64,000 bases of DNA from assembly GCA_951406725.2 (NCBI GenBank), contig OX597822.1, positions 91,698,001-91,762,000 on the forward strand, given 5' to 3'. The notes under the pieces are model-generated. The model was not told where the DNA came from. It was given only the letters and a program-made list of their open reading frames with translations, and did not search any database. How positions within the stretch are numbered: the first letter of the stretch is position 1; each line of letters starts with the position of its first letter. Below are positions 11,790 to 25,027 of the stretch, piece after piece. The stretch comes from Octopus vulgaris (taxonomy: Eukaryota). The translations under genes were made by a program, and so were the position numbers.

Positions 11790-14700
11790 ACACCTGCTAG
11801 TGTATTTGCATTTGGTGTCACACGGTATAACCTTAAGAATTGTTGCAGAGCTACCTCATCCATGACTTCCTTATTAGGGCTCTCTTATTAGAGCCTTATT
11901 AGGGCTCTCTTCCTTATTAGCGTTCTGCTTGTCTGTTAGATCTGGGATGGTATGGTGCCATAGTTACATGTTTCATAGTGAACGTTTTACAAAACTTTTT
12001 AAACTCAAAAGACACAAATTGCATTCCATTGTAAGACACTATCACATCTGGGATGCCAAATCTCACAAACGGCTCATGTAGAAAATTTGTTGCAGCTGAA
12101 TAGGTTGACTTTTTACACTTACAAATTACTGGCCATTTAAGTGAAACTATCCACTACCACTAAGCAGTATGAACCATTTAAAGGACCAGCGAAATCATTG
12201 TGTACTCTTGACTGCAAAACATCTACTTTTGGCCAAGGTTCACTTTTATTGTCAGTAATTTTGCCAATAGAGCACATCCTCTATAGCCTTTCACTAAATT
12301 TTCTATTTCTCTATCCATTTTTGGCCAGTACACATAACTATGCATTAAAGCTTTCATCCTCGAAATTCTTTCAACATTTTCATCACAAATTAAGTATAGG
12401 TTCACATCTTGATTTCATTTTGCACCAATCCTGTTCCCATTTACTTTTCCTGACTACAGTATTTTTTCCATTTTAGTTATGAATTTGTCCTTTACCATAT
12501 TTTGTTTAACGTCTTCTAGGGTTACTGGTAATTTGTGTACCACATTCCACATTACATTTTTTATTTCTCCTGTTAATCTTAAAGCTGTGATTACTGTATC
12601 TTTGAATGGCTTGCTGTGTTTTGGTATCAGTCTGGACAAACCAACTGCATGCCCCAGTTTTTTTTATGAAAAATATTCAATTTTGTAGTCATAATTCAAT
12701 AATGTAGTGTCCCATCACTGTAGTCTATTCGCTGTGTGTTGGTATTTCTTTTTTAGAACTGTATATTGACAGCAGAGGACAATGATCAGTTTGTAGATAG
12801 AAACTTCTTCCATGAATAAATCTATGGAATTTTCTTACACCGAATATGATTGCTAATGCTTTCTTTTCTACCTGGCTATAGTTCTTTTCAGCTGGTAATA
12901 ACGATTGTGACGCATAGTCTTTTGACTCCCATTGTTATATTTGTGCAGAAGCACAGCTCCTACATCGTAATCACCACATCTGGGGCCAATACAATATCCA
13001 ACTTAGGATCAAAATGCGTTAACGATAAGTCAATGTTAAAATACGTTTTAACTTGTCAAAACCATTTTGTGTTTTTCATTAAAAGATCATTGAGCAGGGC
13101 TCTTACATGATGTATAATGGGAATGTAAATTTGATAGTAATTTACTAATCCCAAGAATTCTCATAGCATAGTCACATTATTTGACGCAGGCATATTTTTC
13201 ATTGCTGTTGCTCTGGATGGATCTTGTTTCCATCCATTTTTATCTGTCATCTGACAAACTCACATTTTTCTTCCCTTGCCATATTGCCTCATCTTTTCAA
13301 ATACCCTTTTAATGTGTTCTGTATTTTGTTCATGTGCTTTGGTTTTCATTAGAATATCATCTAAATTAGGCAATAGCAAAATCACAATCCCCCCAGTATA
13401 GTATTCATTACTTGCTGAAATAAGAAAGGAACCACTTTTATACCAAGAAAACATCTGGAAACAAATATTTTATTTTTTGTTTCAGTCACTCAGTTGCATT
13501 TGAACCTTGGACTGAACTGACTATATTCCCACATGAAACAACTTATGGGGTGTATTCGACAATTTGAATAATTCCATCCACTCTGTGCTGAATAGATTAA
13601 CTGAATTTTTTAACACATTGCTGTTTTTATTTGATCACGAAATGTCACATTACACGTGAATTCACCTACAAAATACAATCTTTTACCCATAACATCATGT
13701 GCTACTTTTGTAATTTTGGCTTACCAAAAAACTTCCATATTTTTTCATTCACAATGGTAATAATATCATTTTTAGTGTCTAAATACATTTTTACTCTTAT
13801 ATTTTTGATTTTCACATTTACATATTTCCTCTTTGTTATATTACCATTTTCTTGCGATGACATCTTATTCTTTTTTTCTTTTACTCTTTTTACTTGTTTC
13901 AGTCATTTGATTGCGGCCATGCTGGAGCACCGCCTTTAGTCGAGCAAATCGACCCCGGGACTTATTCTTTGTAAGCCCAGTACTTATTCTATTGGTCTGT
14001 TTTGCCGAACCGCTAAATGACGGGGATGTAAACACACCAGCATTGGTTGTCAAGCGATGTTGGGGGGACAAACACAGACGCACAAACATATAAACACACA
14101 TACATATATATACATACATATATACGACAGGCTTCTTTCAGTTTCCGTCTACCAAATCCACTTACAAGGCATTGGTCGGCCCGAGACTATAGCAGAAGAC
14201 ACTTGCCCAAGATGCCACACAGTGGGACTGAACCCAGAACTATGTGGTTGGTAAGCAAGCTACTTACCACACAGCCACTCCTGCGCCTCTTGTTTATTCT
14301 TTTTTCTTTGTTCCAATATTTTGTCACCTTGGTTTTACAGTGCGCTTTTATATGTCCAATTTTTCCACAACAGAAGCATTCCACTTTCTTAAATGGGCAG
14401 TTTTTTCTCAGGCGTAAACTTCCACATGCAAAACATGGGTTTATTTCCTGATTCCTGTCCTGTTTGTAGTGTATTTTAGTACACACTTGATTTCTATTCT
14501 GCTTGTTTTGTATTTTCTGATGCACTTGTTTCACTTTATGTTCAATTTTCTCTGTATCATGTCTTAAATTTACTATTCTTTCACACATTTCTGACACTTG
14601 TTGTAAGGTTACAGCTTGGTTTTGTTCCAGCTTAGTGAGAAATCTAGTTCTTACTTCTGCATTTTTTACTGAAATAGTTTCCTGAGTAAATATCAGGCAC

Positions 14701-15240
14701 TTAAACATGTCTGGCATTAATTCGTCTACTTTGAACTTTGCACATTCTCTGTTAACTCTACCAGCAAATGTGATGTAGTCCTCCTCATTGTTCTTTTCTA
14801 GGTTCAAAAATTTCCAGTGTGTATTGGATGAGCTTTTATCACTAAAAATTTTACACAATATGTCTTTTGTATTTTTAAAGTTTATGTCATAAGGTTTTTT
14901 TGGGGAGTATGTCATTGCTGTATTGCTCATGTTCTCCTGCTGCCAGTTTCCTTAAAATTAAATGCATTTTCATATAGTTGTCCCAATCTTTGCACTCAAT
15001 AGAAGATCACTTTGCATCTTCTATAGTACACCTTGAAGGTAACTCCTTCATCTGGTTCATAATTAAATTCTGTCCTCGAATTTGCAACATAATCTGGCGA
15101 GAACATCTTTTCAGCATCTTTTGACGATTTACAATTCAATAATTGCAGCATTTGTCGCTGTAATAGCAATTGTTGTTGATTTTGCTGTTGTTCTTGCAGT
15201 TGTAGTTGCTGCTGTTGTTCTTTCTGTTGTTGTTTTTGCA
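11790..15240 (-). mobile_element. Decayed Gypsy/Ty3 LTR retrotransposon (gag-pol remnants)
   Basis: Gag with zinc knuckle CFCCGKIGHIKAHC (14187-14930 ORF); integrase remnants RMKALMHSYVYWP and HPRSNRQAER; RNase H remnants. Confidence 0.85.
13866..14287 (-). mobile_element. SINE family A, full length, inserted in the Gypsy element
   Basis: Reverse complement of 736-1202. Confidence 0.9.
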
Positions 15241-15627
15241 AATCAAAATCAAAATCAAAATCGAAATCGATCAACATCAATGAAAATTGTAGGTGTGATA
15301 CCAGTGCCGGTGGCACATAAAAAGCACCATCCGATCATGGCCGTTGCCAGCCTCGCCTGGCCTCCATGCCGGTGGCACGTAAAAAGCACCATCTGATTGT
15401 GGCTGTTTGCCAGCCTCGTTTGGCACCTGTGCCGGTGGCACATAAAAAGCACCCACTACACTCTCGGAGTGGTTGGCGTTAGGAAGGGCATCCAGCCATA
15501 GAAACATTGCCAAATCAGACTGGGCCTGGCGCAGCCTTCTGGCTTCCCAGACCCCAGTTGAACCGTCCAACCCATGCTAGCATGGAAAGCGGACGCTAAA
15601 CAATGATGATGATGATGATGATGATGA
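15241..15627 (+). mobile_element. RTE-type 3' UTR with three ~60-bp tandem units and (GAT)n tail
   Basis: Repeated GCCGGTGGCAC(A/G)TAAAAAGCACC; same end as 8028-8225. Confidence 0.8.
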
Positions 15628-15878
15628 GTAAACTGACCAACAATTTTCCCATAATCTTACAATTCTGTACACCATAAAATTTGTACAAAAAAACTCCTTG
15701 TGAGTTTATTAATTCCTCGTTAGTTTGTTACTTCTTCATCGCCACTGTTGCAATCCTTATTATGTCAGACTGTTGTAATGCCCATTCCGGTATAATAGTA
15801 TCGTTAGTTGGACAAGTAAGACCACAGCTATCTACTGTTCATCATGTGGGAGGAGTCTACCATTATTACTATTATCCC

Positions 15879-16095
15879 CGGCAGAAACGTTAGTACGCTG
15901 GGCGAAATGCGTAGCCATATTTCGTCTGCCGTTACGTTCTGAGTTCAAATTCCGCCGAGGTCGACTTTGCCTTTCATCCTTTCGGGGTCGATAAATTAAG
16001 TACCAGTTACGCACTGGGGTTGATATAATCGACTTAATCTGTCTGTCCTTGTTTGTCCCCTCTGTGTCTAGCCCCTTGTGGGTAGTAAAGAAATA
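15879..16095 (+). mobile_element. SINE family B
   Basis: GAGTTCAAATTCC B-box-like motif; conserved GCCTTTCATCCTTTCGGGGTCGATAAA; five copies in the window. Confidence 0.85.
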
Positions 16096-16456
16096 TAAAA
16101 ATTTATTACATTTAACTCTATATCTGTCTTATTTCTCAGCTATTGCACACTTTCTAATTACTTCCTCCCAGTGCTTATAGCTATCCATATTAGATATATG
16201 TTGTTCAGTCTTAACTACCAGTATCTTTTCACTTAGATAATATTTTTTCATGTCTTAGATAACATTTTTTCCTTATTTCACTTCTCTCCTTTCCATTCTT
16301 CTTGACTTTTATGTGTTTCTCTTCCTTTTTTTTATGACTACAACACCTCTTTCCTACAGTAAGCTAATTTATTGATAGATTTTTATCATATTTTTGCCTT
16401 TATATTTCCATTTCTTTTGCACTTGTGATAGATATAAACACATGTATTAAATATTT

Positions 16457-16799
16457 GGTAATCTTACGGTTCTAGTATATTTTACGTCAAATGACCATGT
16501 GTATTTGTTTATATATGATCGTTGATTTCCGTAAAAAAAACACACACACACATGTACATCAATGCTTCCCATGCACGGTAACTTCAAAAGAACTTCCCTC
16601 CTCAAGGGTTAGGGTTAAGGTTAGGGTTAGGAACCCTAACCCTAACCATAACCGTAACCCTAACCCTAACCCCAAAGATCCCATTTCCCCCCAACCCCAT
16701 ATGTAAAAAAATAAAAGTTTTTTACAGAAATCGATGATCATATATAAACAAATACACGTGGTCATTTGAAGTAAAATATACTAGAACCGTAAGATTGCC
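16457..16799. mobile_element. MITE with ~80-bp TIRs, Merlin-like
   Basis: TIR GG(T/C)AATCTTACGGTTCTAGTATATTTTAC...; AAATATTT on both sides (8-bp TSD candidate). Confidence 0.75.
16605..16672. repeat. Head-to-head telomere-type repeats (TTAGGG)n/(CCCTAA)n
   Basis: AGGGTTAGGGTTAAGGTTAGGGTTAGG-AACCCTAACCCTAACC... Confidence 0.9.
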
Positions 16800-16832
16800 A
16801 AATATTTTATTATAATTAAAATTTATATTGCT

Positions 16833-17178
16833 TACTCTCTCTTTACTCTTTTACTTGTTTCAGTCAGTTGACTGCGGCCATGCTGGAGCACTGCCTTTAA
16901 TCGAGCAACTCGACCCCGGGACTTATTCTTTGTAAGCCCAGTACTTATTCTATCGGTCTCTTTTGCCGAACCGCTAAGTGACGGGGACGTAAACAAACCA
17001 GCATCGGTTGTCAAACAATGCTAGGGGGACAAACACAGACACACAAACATACACGCACACATATATATATATACGACGGGCTTCTTTCAGTTTCCGTCTA
17101 CCAAATCCACTCACAAGGCTTTGGTCGGCCCGAGCCTATAGTGGAAGACACTTGCCCAAGATGCCACGCAATGGGACT
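16833..17178 (-). mobile_element. SINE family A, 5'-truncated
   Basis: Matches family A. Confidence 0.9.
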
Positions 17179-17542
17179 ACAATATTTCTAGTTCATAATT
17201 TCTAAAAGGGGCTGTTTCATTTGCTGAATATCCTATGCCTGTCTCCATGAATATAGATGCTTTATATTATGCTGTTTTTGATTCAATTCCAAGCAGCTTT
17301 TAATGTATTTCAAATTACAATCATTTTCTATCCAATGGATTCCCATTGTTTTGAATAGTAATAATGCATTCTCCAATCAGATTTAAATGTTTATTCAACA
17401 AGTTACTGAATAATAAGTACAACATATAAATATAAATATTTGCAATTTCTTATGCAATTTCTTACTTATGATTTTGATGATCAGTTATATTCAACCCATG
17501 CCAACATGGACAATAGATGTTAAATGATGATGATGATGATGA

Positions 17543-17582
<40 letters not shown>

Positions 17583-17586
<4 letters not shown>

Positions 17587-17927
17587 TTTTATTCTTATAT
17601 TGGTATCAGCTATTTGACTGCGGTCATGCTGGAGCACCACCTTCAGTCGAGCAAATCGACCCCACGGCTTATTATTTGTAAGCCTAGTACTTATTCTATC
17701 GGTCTCTTTTGCTGAACTGCTTAGTTACAGGGACATAAACATACCAGCATCGGTTGTAAGGTGATGTTGGGGAGATAAACACAAACACACAATCATATAC
17801 ATATATATATATCTGATGGGCTTCTTTCAGTTTCCGTTTACCAAATCCACTCACTTTGGTCAGCCCGAGGCTATAGTACAAAACACTTGCCCAAGGTGCC
17901 ACGCAGCCTGACTGAACCAGGAACCAT
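17583..17927 (-). mobile_element. SINE family A, diverged
   Basis: Matches family A. Confidence 0.85.
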
Positions 17928-18355
17928 ATTTATTTATATACATAATAATAATAATTATTATTTAAAACAGTTTGATTTAGCCTCATACACCTTAGACATC
18001 TGTAGGGCTTTTTACAGAAACCTAGCTCATTGGGCACAATTATAGGAGAGATGCAGGAAGTCCAAGATGGTTATCAAAAACTGGGCTGCTATAGGTCAAT
18101 GCAGGTCACACAGTGTTATTAGAAGTGATATTGACATTTCAGTAACTTCAAATGCATTAAAAAGGAAAATTTCTCAAACCACATAGCTGGGCAGGAAGCT
18201 GGTAGCATCTTGCTATCTGGCCAACACTTGAAGGGACTTGCAGGACATCAGGTAAATGGATTGTGAGAGTGTATATGTGTGTTTACCAGCTGTATGAGGT
18301 GTAGATGTGGATATCAGCTGTGTGTATCAGTTGTGTGTGTGAGTGTGTGTGTGTA

Positions 18356-18428
<73 letters not shown>

Positions 18429-18477
18429 ACATGAATATGTGAGCATTAGTGCCTGCTGTATATGCATGTACATGATG

Positions 18478-18691
18478 GGTGGGGGGACAAATACAGATAC
18501 GAAGACACACACACACACATATATATATATATGACGGGTTTCTTTCAGTTTCCATCCGCCAAATCAACTCACAGGGCTTTGGATGACCTGAGGCTATAGT
18601 AGAAGACACTTGCTGAAGATGCTATGCTGTGGGAGTGAACCTAGAACCATGTTGGGAAGCAATCTCCTTACAACACAGCCATGCCTGCACC
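18478..18691 (-). mobile_element. SINE family A, 5' half
   Basis: Matches family A. Confidence 0.8.
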
Positions 18692-18714
18692 TATATATAT
18701 ATGTGTGTGTGTGT

Positions 18715-19018
18715 GGAGGTGCAATGGCCCAGTGGTTAGGGCAGCGGACTCGCGGTCGTAGGATCGCGGTTTCGATTCCCAGACCAGGCGTTGTGAGTGT
18801 TTATTGAGCGAAAACACCTAAAGCTCCACGAGGCTCCGGCAGAGAGGTAGGTGGCGATCCCTGCTGTACTCTTTCGCCACAACTTTCTCTCACTCTTTCT
18901 TCTGTTGGCCTGCTCGCTTAGCCAGCGGGGTGGCGTCATTTGAAGGCTAAAACAATGCGAAGCGCATTGTGACCAGCGATGTGTAGCAACATCTGATAGC
19001 CTGGTCGGTCACGGTGAT
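18715..19018 (+). mobile_element. tRNA-derived SINE family D
   Basis: tRNA-like head TGGCCCAGTGGTTAGG...GGTTTCGATTCCC; GC-rich body; flanked by microsatellites. Confidence 0.7.
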
Positions 19019-19026
19019 ATATATGT

Positions 19027-19069
<43 letters not shown>

Positions 19070-19105
19070 ATGATATGTGCATACATACATACATACATAC
19101 ATACA

Positions 19106-19642
19106 GATAGACAGACCTGATATAATGATTTGGGATAGAGAAGAGAAACTGTGTACAGCTGTGGAAGTTACCTGTCCTGCAGATATTACCATAAAGCTGA
19201 AGATCAGTGAAAAAGAGAATACCTACTCAGAACTATTGAGAATTCAGCAGTTACTCTATCCAGATTACAAGTTCAGGTTTATACCTGTAACTATTGGGGC
19301 CCTGGGATATGTAACACACTGCCTAAATACCAATCATGAAAAATTAGGCTTCTCAAAACCAGAAAGGAGAAAGCTAATTCAAAGACTACAAATCCAATCT
19401 ACCACTGGAACTGTAAAAATCTGTTTATCATTTAAATATATATGAGCATGTCTAGATATGCAACTATATGCATGAGAATAAATACATAAAGAAAAACATA
19501 TAAATCTGTACATATACATACATAAAAACAAAAATACCCTGTTGTTGATGTTGAAATTCCAATGAAGGAGTCTTGGATCTAGGTTAGAGAGCAACTCTCT
19601 ACTGGCAGGAAATCTTGAAATAAAACTGAACAATAACTTGCC
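19106..19642 (+). mobile_element. 3' fragment of an RLE-type non-LTR retrotransposon (R4/Dong-like)
   Basis: RPDIMIWD...EVTCPAD...EKENTY...PVTIGALG is a PD-(D/E)xK endonuclease; (CATA)n on both sides. Confidence 0.8.
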
Positions 19643-19655
19643 TACATACGTACAT

Positions 19656-19716
<61 letters not shown>

Positions 19717-20286
19717 TACACACACACATACATACACACACACAAACACACACATACACACATACACACATACATACATACACACGTACATACATATACA
19801 CACACACACACACATACATACATACATACTCACATATATATATATAGTAAAGTTAAGCCATTCTAATGTTCAAATAAGCATTTTTGTCCCATAGCTTTAA
19901 TTCTCATTTTCATCTCGTTCATATTTCTAGCTTTCGTTCTCATTTATATTACGTCTAAAACCTCACTTTTTTCCATGTTATATGTTAAATAGTAGCTGCA
20001 TTAAGTAACACTAGTGAAAATGGGCTTCTTTTGCCCCTTCATTTTGCTTGGGTTCTCACTTTATTTTATTTGCTCATATTATATTTAAAACCTCGTTTTT
20101 TCTGTTATGTTTTTTCCATGCTATGTGCTTTTGCATTGTTTGGATATTTTATATGGTTTTACATCTTTGGCATGGGACAGCCATGCTACTTGGTTGCTTG
20201 TGGTGCACCCAGCCAACCTATCAAATCCCCCTACCTATACTGGGTGTCTTTCTCCAAGAACCTCTACAGGAAACTTACACAGAATG

Positions 20287-20324
<38 letters not shown>

Positions 20325-20325
20325 T

Positions 20326-20358
<33 letters not shown>

Positions 20359-20569
20359 TTCTCTCTCTGTCTTTCTTTCTCTCTCTCTCTCACTCTCTCT
20401 CTGCCATCATCTATCTAGTAGTCTATCTCCTGATAAATGTAGGAGTGTGAAGTGAATAAAATAACAGTGAAATAAATGCAGGTTGAAACTTATTTGAACT
20501 TATACGACATGTCTGGGATATGTACATGCAAGCTTTCTTTTGAGATGCAGAATGCTGTACCTGACCTCT

Positions 20570-22250
20570 GTGTCTCCCTAGCCCACACCTTCCACACCCT
20601 CAGTGTTGGGCACACTCAATGTGGGTACATTGAAAGGCAGGTTTGGTGAGATTGTTGAGATGTTTTAATGGAGATCTGTAGATGTGTGTTACATCCAAGA
20701 AGTGGAGAGGCAGTCCTTCTAGGTTCCTCACAGAAAAAGAGTATAGGTATAAAATCTTCTGGGTAAGGAACAGTGATGGGATTGGTGGACACCAAATCCA
20801 AATACACCAGCAGGTATGTCACCAGCAGAGCTGATATTTGCAAGGAAAGTACAAGCCAGGTATACTGCCAGTAAGGTGAAGGTTGGCAACGAGTATAGCA
20901 ATGAATTCAGTGAAGAGATAGTTCACCAAGATTCAATTCTCAAGCTCTCTTATTTATCTAAGTCTTCTAGGCCTTAACACATGAATTCAAGACTGGCTGC
21001 CTCTGGGAGGTCTTCTATGCTGATGACCTTATTCTTATAACTAAATCACTGTCTGACCTAGAGAAAAAATTTCAGGTGTGGAAGCAAGGCCTGGAATCTA
21101 AAGGCCTTAGAGTTAATTTGGCAAAAACCAAAGTCCTCACAAGTAGGAAAATAGACAAACCACAAGCCCCTCCAGGGAGGTTGTCCTGCTTGATATGTGA
21201 GAAGGGTGTTGGTAGAAACTTCCTACGTTTGTACCCCACACAAGCTTTGGACACATAAGAGGTGTAGTGGTATCAGAAGAAGGTTAATGGAGAAAATAGT
21301 CTTTGTGTGTGGAAAATGTGCAGGTACAATAAACACTAAAAATGTGCACACAACGGACTCCCCCCACCCCAATGCTTGGGGGTGACCATTAGAAGTAGTA
21401 GAGAGCTTCTGTTACCTAGGAGATGAAGTTAGCACTGGAGGAAGAAATACAGAAAGTGTAGTTGCTAGAATAGGAATGGGCTGGGCAAAGTTCAGAGAAC
21501 TTCTACTTTTGTTAGTAACTAAGGGCCTCTCTCTCAGAATGAAAGGCAGATTGTATGATGCCTTGTACGTACAGCTATGTTAAATGGCAGTGAAACATGG
21601 GCTTTTACTACAGAGGACTGGCAAAGGCTTGAAAGAAATGAAGCTAGCATGCTCCGTTGGATAATGTCAGTGTGCACATACAACAGAGTGTAAATGATTT
21701 AAGAGAAAAACTGTGTATAACAGGCATCAGATGTGTGCAAAAGAGAAGACTGCACTGGTTCAGTCATGTGATGTGTATGGATGAAGACAGCTGCATAAAA
21801 ATGTGCTGAGCTCTAATTGTAGAGGGAACACATGGATTGTTAGACCCAGGATGATGTGGGATAAAGTGGTGAGAAGCAATCTTTGGATGCAGGGCCTCAC
21901 TGAGGAAATAACAAGCGATCAGGATTTGTGATGATTAGCTGTACTCAAGAAGGTGCATCAAGCTAAATAGAATCGATGTCGTCCATACATACAGGCTTGT
22001 CCTTTGCAGGTAACAGTGTCACATAACATGCACTCCTGCTGGTGTTGCATAAACACATCCATGCCAGAGGCATGTAAGAAGCTCCCAGCATACTCTGTAA
22101 AGTGGTTGGCATTAAGAAGGGCATCCAGCTATAGAAACCATGTCACAACAGACAATTTGAGTCTGGATAGCTCTCTGGCTGACCAGCTCCATGTCAAACT
22201 GTCCAACTAGCATGGAAAATGGACATTAAACAATAATGCTGATGATGATG
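20570..22250 (+). mobile_element. Decayed, internally deleted RTE LINE
   Basis: APE start TLNVGTLKGR, then RT (YADD, NLAKTKV, PHD-like insert, FCYLG), 3' UTR and (GAT)n. Confidence 0.85.
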
Positions 22251-22854
22251 ACACATAATGATACACACATACATACACACATATTATGTCATATATATAT
22301 ATATATATATATATATATCTATCTCATATAGGATAAAATTTTTCAAAAAAAATTCTATCAATGGCCAGCATATTAAAAAATACCTTTAAAGATTAAACTT
22401 ATAAACAACTTATAAACAAGGGCAAAAGAAAAAATTCTAATGCCAAATATGCCGAAAATAGACAAATTGTCAATACCCATATAATTTAACACTATACACA
22501 CGTGTCTCAAAGTAAGCCGACAGAAATTTCTAAAAAATTCCGTTATTATTGTATCAGTTCTAATTTCAGAGTTAATTCATAAGAATTTTCTCCTCGTCAG
22601 CGATAAATATGTAAGACATAAATGAAATACTTACTCATACCCATGGAAGAAGCAAGCACTAAGTCATGAGCAGACCTAAGTACCCCAAATATATCCAAAA
22701 TAGAAAATCACCAGCACATCTCAAGTCACGTGCGATTCAAACTGAAAACTCTCACATAGTGAGAGAGTTCAAAAGTGAACACTATTAAAATTACATCTAA
22801 TATGCATGGGCGACTGCTGGTCTTCCATAAACAACCTTGCCTGAACCTGCGCCT

Positions 22855-23250
22855 GGTATACTAGTGCGTTCTTTTAGATGGGTGTCTGTCAGTTTTTCTT
22901 GTATCACCAATATTGCTTCACCAGTTGGGACTTTGGTGAACAGGCTTATCACATCTAGACTCACCATCTGGTTGGATTCACTGGGGGTATCCTTGATCAA
23001 TTCTGTGAAATAGGTGAAATTCTTCATGTACAATGTTGACTTTCCTGCTAATGAACTGATTATAACCACAAGGAAGCGGCTCAGTGGATGACATGCTGAA
23101 CCTCAATAGCTCACTATATGTCTTAACAGAATACCATCCTTGTGAATCTTAGGGAGATTGTACATGTGTGGTAGTTTACTGTAGTGTTGAGTCAGTTGTC
23201 TGTACTTCATTGGTGTAAAGTAATCCTTGTTCTTGATCAAAATCTGTGAC
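22855..23250 (-). mobile_element. Penelope-like element RT fragment
   Basis: YNLPKIHKDGILLRHIVS and MVSLDVISLFTKVP..EAI motifs. Confidence 0.85.
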
Positions 23251-23427
23251 AAGACCCAACTCTGAAAACAGAGAGGCAGTCGTCACAGAAAATCACTCAA
23301 CATAGTTTGGTTGTTATCATTTTGATAAGGTATGTGGGTACGAATTTTGTATACCAATATTGTTGGGAAAGAGAAAGAGTCAAGATTAAATGCATTAATT
23401 GAGTGAATGTATGTGTGTGTATATATA

Positions 23428-23960
23428 CTGTTGTGGAAGGATCCTCACCAAACCCACGTGACTAAAAGCATGTGAACTGTAGTTGTTGACAGCATTAATC
23501 ATCTATATTGGCTACTGTGTTAGTTTAATATGTTGAAGTAGTATGGAGTATGTTCTGTATGAACATATTAATTCTGTGAAAGGTTATTCTAAATAACCTT
23601 ATCCAGATATTTATTTGAGTAATACTATTCTTATACCCAATCTGCACAGCTCTCGCCCATAATATTTTTGGCAATGAGATATTCAAATCCATGCCCAACC
23701 AATTGTTGTTTCAACATGAAAAATTTACTAGCTTCAGTAATTGAATTACAAAAACTGCAACAACAGCAGTTGTTTGATTTGCAGACAGAAGCAACAGCAA
23801 CTGTTAATACAACTACTACTCAACAAAACAGAAAATACATCGAGTTCATTAATCTCTAATGTGGTCATAAACTCCGTTGGAGAGTTCTCATATAACCCAG
23901 ATGAGGGTACTACATTTCCTGCTGACATTAGAAGGTATGAGGAAACTTTTAATGCATCGC
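23428..23960 (+). mobile_element. Gypsy remnant (putative LTR and gag start)
   Basis: NSVGEFSYNPDEGTTF..RRYEETF matches the gag N-terminus at 14996-15110. Confidence 0.65.
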
Positions 23961-24311
23961 TACACATGTTTTCACAAATTACATGTCTCTTAAGATCACA
24001 GTCCGTATTCCTGGGATGATTACAGTGTAATCCGTAGTATCCATGGGTATAAAGTTGATCATCTTCATGGATTCATTGCTTCAGGTATTACAGCATTAAT
24101 GGATGTTTAACAGAGAGATGCTTATCCCTTTTGACCAGTGCAAAGGTTGTTAGAGTTATGTGTGTATTTCTGGAGAGAAAACAACCATGTGGAATTCTTA
24201 CATGCCGTAAAGGGCAGTCAAAACTTAAACCACAAAAAGAAAGATTCTTCTTTAAGGCATGCTGGTTGTAAACAAATAGGATATCTAAATGAATAAAAGT
24301 CTCAGTTAACC

Positions 24312-24401
24312 TTATACCCATGAGTTTCTCCATTAATGATCAAATAAATCAATTAATTAGTCGATCAATTGATTAATTAACCATCCATGGTTCATCAGTA
24401 G
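24312..24401 (-). ncRNA. Type-I hammerhead core, copy 1 of a tandem pair
   Basis: CTGATGA-a-ccat...atgg-a-GAAA-ctcatggg-TA; stem I weak. Confidence 0.5.
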
Positions 24402-24624
24402 AGTCACTGGAAAATGCACAATTATGAGACTATAATATGTACCGAAAAATATGAGGTAAAACACATGTGCACTTAGTTCCATTTTTATACATCAAGAATT
24501 CACATAAAATATCCTCAAGCACCGTGCCAAGGCAGAATAGTACAGCAGTGAATTAATCCAATAGTGTAGTACCTGGCCGAAGAATCAAAATATTTAACTA
24601 TATAGATACAGGGTAAAAAGTATT

Positions 24625-25027
24625 TACACTTTTACTTGTTTCAGTCATTAAACTGTGGCCATGTTGGAGTACTGCCTTTAGTCGAGCAAGTCGACCCCAG
24701 GACTTATTCTTTGTAAGCCTAGTATTTATTCTATCGGTCTCTTTTGCCGAACCGCTAAGTTACGGGAATGTAAACACACCAGCATCAGTTGTCAAGCGAT
24801 GTGGGGAGGACAAACACAGACACACGAACATATACACACACACATACATATATATGCATGTATACAACAGGCTTCTTTCAGTTTCCATCTACCAAATCCA
24901 CTCACAAGGCTTTGATTGGCCCAAGGCTATAGTAGAAGACACTTGCCCAAGGTGCCACGCAGGGAGACTGAACCCGGAACCATGTGGTTCGTAAGCAAGC
25001 TACTTACCACACAGTCACTCTTACGCC
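24625..25027 (-). mobile_element. SINE family A, full length
   Basis: Matches family A. Confidence 0.9.

Noticed and set aside
13865-14451. Recurrent short ORFs such as MTTDAGVFTSP... and RRASFSFRLPNPLTR...
   Set aside because: Chance frames in SINE family A copies
14996-15316. Poly-Q ORF as a host gene
   Set aside because: Gypsy gag N-terminus fused to an inserted RTE tail
15305-15460. Three ~25-bp repeats with intervening sequence, CRISPR-like
   Set aside because: The intervening sequences resemble each other; it is a tandem unit in an RTE 3' UTR
16605-16672. Chromosome end-to-end fusion scar
   Set aside because: Very short and centred inside a TIR element, so better explained as element-internal
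18142-18251. Possible + strand exon (tttcag...CAG|gtaaat) with an open frame
   Set aside because: Isolated, no recognisable peptide or partner exon; expected by chance
22485-22610. Minus-strand CTGACGA...GAGA-cacgtg hammerhead-like remnant
   Set aside because: GAAA is mutated and stem I register is inconsistent; too degenerate to call
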